Shown piece by piece: positions 59,936 to 64,000 of a stretch of 64,000 nt of DNA (position 1 is its first letter; each line of letters starts with the position of its first letter). Below the pieces are notes generated by a model. The model did not search any database. It saw only the letters and a program-made list of their open reading frames with translations, and was not told where the DNA came from. This stretch comes from the human T2T-CHM13v2.0 reference genome, Homo sapiens. Made by a program: the position numbers and the translations under genes. The DNA is taken from the NCBI RefSeq assembly GCF_009914755.1, contig NC_060928.1; one strand, given 5' to 3'.

Positions 59936-60887
59936 ATGCAAAAAGATTAGATTGGTTAAACAAAATAAGGAAGCTACCATTTTTTTTTCACACATTTGAG
60001 TAGCAGTGTGAGTAAAGTCTCATACTGCTAGCTGATAATCATTAATCATTAATGATAATCATTAATAAAACATTGATTTTCCAAATATCTGAATCTGATA
60101 CCATGTTGGGTAATAGCTATATCTAACTTTACATTATTTCTACTAAAATAATAAACTTCAGACAGAACTCAATTGGTAATCAGAATTCAACTCGACTAGC
60201 ACTGGAAGCAAAAAAGTACTTAGACAACTATGGAAATACAAAGCCATGCACAAAGTGTACGAACCCAACGTGAGACGACACACGTCAATCAGGTGCTTTC
60301 AGTTAAGTCAGTACTTTGCCTTTTTATTTCTTTCATGCTTTGAAGATAAGAAATGAAAAACTGTATTTTCTAACTCAGAGTGCTTGTTACAAACACACAC
60401 ATTGTACTTCTTACTGCCATTAAAGTTTGTACTCAGTACAAATTTTTGAATTTTGAAAATTTTCTTTCTTTCCTTTCAGGTCTATTAATATTTTTATAAC
60501 AGTAAACTTGTAAGTGGAAAATATATTACTGTTATTCTGTTTTAAGAGCAAGACTAAATGCGAGCCATTTCTTTTACTGTTTCTATCATTCCTGCAGTTG
60601 GCCTGGCTGGAAGCCTTGTAGTCACCACCGACTCTACCACTTCCTTCAATCCCTAAAGCCAACCAGTGGCCAAGTCTTGCTTATTTTATTTTTGTAACGT
60701 CTGTCACGTGTATTCCCGCTCCTGCTGCCCTGATCTGGTCGATCACTTCTCCCCACCGGGACTAGGATCACCGCTGGCTCTCGGCTTCCATCTTGCTCCT
60801 CTGAAATCCCCCAGAATCACCTTCTGAAAGCTTCCTGCTGCCCAGGTCACCTCCCGCATGCTCTCCCGCTGCATTTCACTCGATTAA

Positions 60888-61338
<451 letters not shown>

Positions 61339-61780
61339 GAATCACCCTTTTTTTGAAGCTTCTTGAACATTTACTGCTCACTTTCTCTGTAGAGCGGGTT
61401 ATCTCTGTTAGCCGCCTGAAATCCTTTCCGGAACAAGATGGCATTTGGTGTCTTGATTATTGATCTTGGTGTCCTGTAAGTTTCATGCCCAGGGCAGGAA
61501 GCTGGGGTGCATCAGAACTGCTGCTCTCTGAAGCAACTTGAGTACTTAGAGAAATGTCATATATTACAAATAAAAATCAGACATTTTAATTCTTATCTCT
61601 ATATTTTTTTACTATATTTTGCACTGGTTTCTTTTAATTCTCTTCTTTGTTTCAGCATCCTCCAAGTCTTCGTTCAAAGCCTTCTCCCTTTCCTGATGTC
61701 TCTCTGTTTTAGTTAGGTATATATTTAGGCTGCCTCTTTTTCTTAAATAATTTTATAATGAAGACAAGCTCTTAAGATAA

Positions 61781-62131
<351 letters not shown>

Positions 62132-63289
62132 TAGCATTCATCTAAGTATATATTTTATAGGAGAAAGGCCAAGGGGAAGATCAGGGTGATGTTCAGTATT
62201 AATATACTGTGCTTCAGAAAAGGAATGACATAAGCTATTGTCCTGAGAAATAATCTCTAGAACCCTCTGTCAAATTAATCACTGAGCATAAGGGGCTCTA
62301 TTCAGAGAGGTGTTTTTATAAAGCCAAGGAGACCCTGCATACCTGGCTGGAGAGGGAGGAAGGGATTGAGGACAGAGTGGAAGTAAGGAAAGGCCTGGCC
62401 AGCTTCTGGTCCTGGGGATGGCAGGAAGATGGAAAAGGAGAGGAAGGGCACACAGTAAGGTTCCCTTTGACTTCCTGTCTGGAGGCTGTGCTTCAAGGTG
62501 AGTTACTCCAAGAGCAGTCTGCACCTCAGGCACATCACAGCGAGCTGGGCAGCCGGGGTGGTCAGGCAGAAAGAGGGCTCTGGGGCTCAGCATTCTGGGG
62601 TGCCCTCGACCTTTACAGGATAGGGATGCAGCGTTGAGAAGCCAAGGATCCACAGCGTGCACAGAGTGGTGAGGGGAGCTGACCGCACAGCAGAGCCTGG
62701 ATGCGAGGCTGGGCCAGAGGCTGGAGGAAGGGCATGGCAGATATTCCGGAGTCTGTAGCCTGTGGGAGCTGACTGGCTGAGTCAGCAGGAAGTGATAATC
62801 CTGCCCAGACCCAAAGAGATCAGATTACCAGTGACACCAGCCTCAGGTTTCAGCTTTGAAGGCCAGGAAACACCCAGGGAACAGGGACACAGCCCTGGAG
62901 ACCAGAAGAGGTAGAGGACATCATGCCCAACAGCCCAGGTTTTCCCACCACCATAAGATGTTAACTGCTCCCACTCACCGGGGAACTATCCTGGGAAGGA
63001 AGCGGAGGAGGGGAGACTATTCGGAGAGACCAGGCATTTTTATCCTGATGAGTGATTTTTTCCTAATAGACTGCTGCCATCTTTGGAACGGATTACACTA
63101 AAAAGGATTAGACATTTGGTTAATTTTATCTCTCTCTATAAATTTCAGTTATATATAATATATATACACACATATGCTATATATTTATATTTATCATATA
63201 TAGAAGAAATTGCATATTTTAGACTGATATGTGTGTAAATTATTTAACTTCACTACAAGATTTTTGTTATATTAAAAGAAATACATCTT

Positions 63290-64000
63290 AGTTGTAAAAT
63301 GTTTGAAAAATAAAAGTATCCATAAATCACTGAAGATATGACCATAGTCAACATTTTTGTGAATAATTTTTACATCTTATTCCAGTGTATATGGATTTAT
63401 TAAATAGAACCTTAAGAAATTTCTGAGATTGTACTGTTTCTGACTTATAAAATTAGAGATTTCATGGAGTCAACCTAATACATCTGGTCTAGGGGCACAC
63501 ACACATGCACACATACACATACATGTACATCTATGTTCTAGGTGCATATGTATAGCTGTAAAAATAGATATTCTTCCCTTCAAAAATGAGATTATACTGT
63601 TTTATAACTTTTTAAAAAATTTAGCAATGTGTTGTGAACATCTTTATACATCATTAAATATTTTTCCAGGAGGTCCTTTTTAAGTGATTACATGGTATTT
63701 CACAGCAAAAAGTGCCACAATGTGTTTATTAGATAAATATATCTAAATACCTGTTGTTAGATATTTAGATTTCTAATAATTATTTGATGTCATGAATAAC
63801 ATGGTAATACATAAACTTACAGCTAAATATTTGAACACATTGAGAATTTTTTTTAGAATAAATATATAGAAATGACATTGCTAGAACAATGGATACACAG
63901 TATTTTGAAGTTTTTTTTTAACTTTTATTTTCGGTTAATGGGTACATGTTCAGGTTTGTTATATAGGTAAACTGAGTGTCTTGGGGGTTTGGTGTACAGA
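63290..64000 (-). mobile_element. Old L1M fragments followed by an L1P 3' end (from ~63912) running off the window
   Basis: ACTTTTATTTT..GGGTACATGTTCAGGTTTGTTATATAGGTAAACT..GGGGTTTGGTGTACAGA typical of older L1PA/PB 3' ends. Confidence 0.65.

Overview
Primate (almost certainly human, 4q35.1) genomic DNA. Bases 1-~24.6 kb hold the 5' two-thirds of PDLIM3 (ALP, a PDZ-LIM Z-disc protein) on the minus strand: CpG-island promoter with a CRE palindrome and GATAAA TATA-like box, exons 1-3 (PDZ domain), the alternative 188-nt ZM-motif exon, the 68-nt exon, and the start of the next exon, which runs off the left edge. The remaining ~39 kb is upstream intergenic DNA (toward SORBS2, by recalled gene order), dominated by Alu, L1, L2, MIR, MaLR/ERV LTR and DNA-transposon relics. 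I see no evidence of a new multi-gene system. The most unusual items are: a ~50 x 15-bp VNTR carrying a 272-codon (S/T/I)PRAV ORF and T-box/MEIS-like motifs; a 97%-identical 147-bp inverted copy of part of an old LTR 4.2 kb away; a short polyadenylated, TSD-flanked retrocopy of an LTR-like 3' end; two perfect intronic hairpins; a long AG-exclusion zone before a muscle exon; and a MEF2/E-box cluster. Repeat subfamily names come from recalled consensus sequences and need RepeatMasker confirmation.
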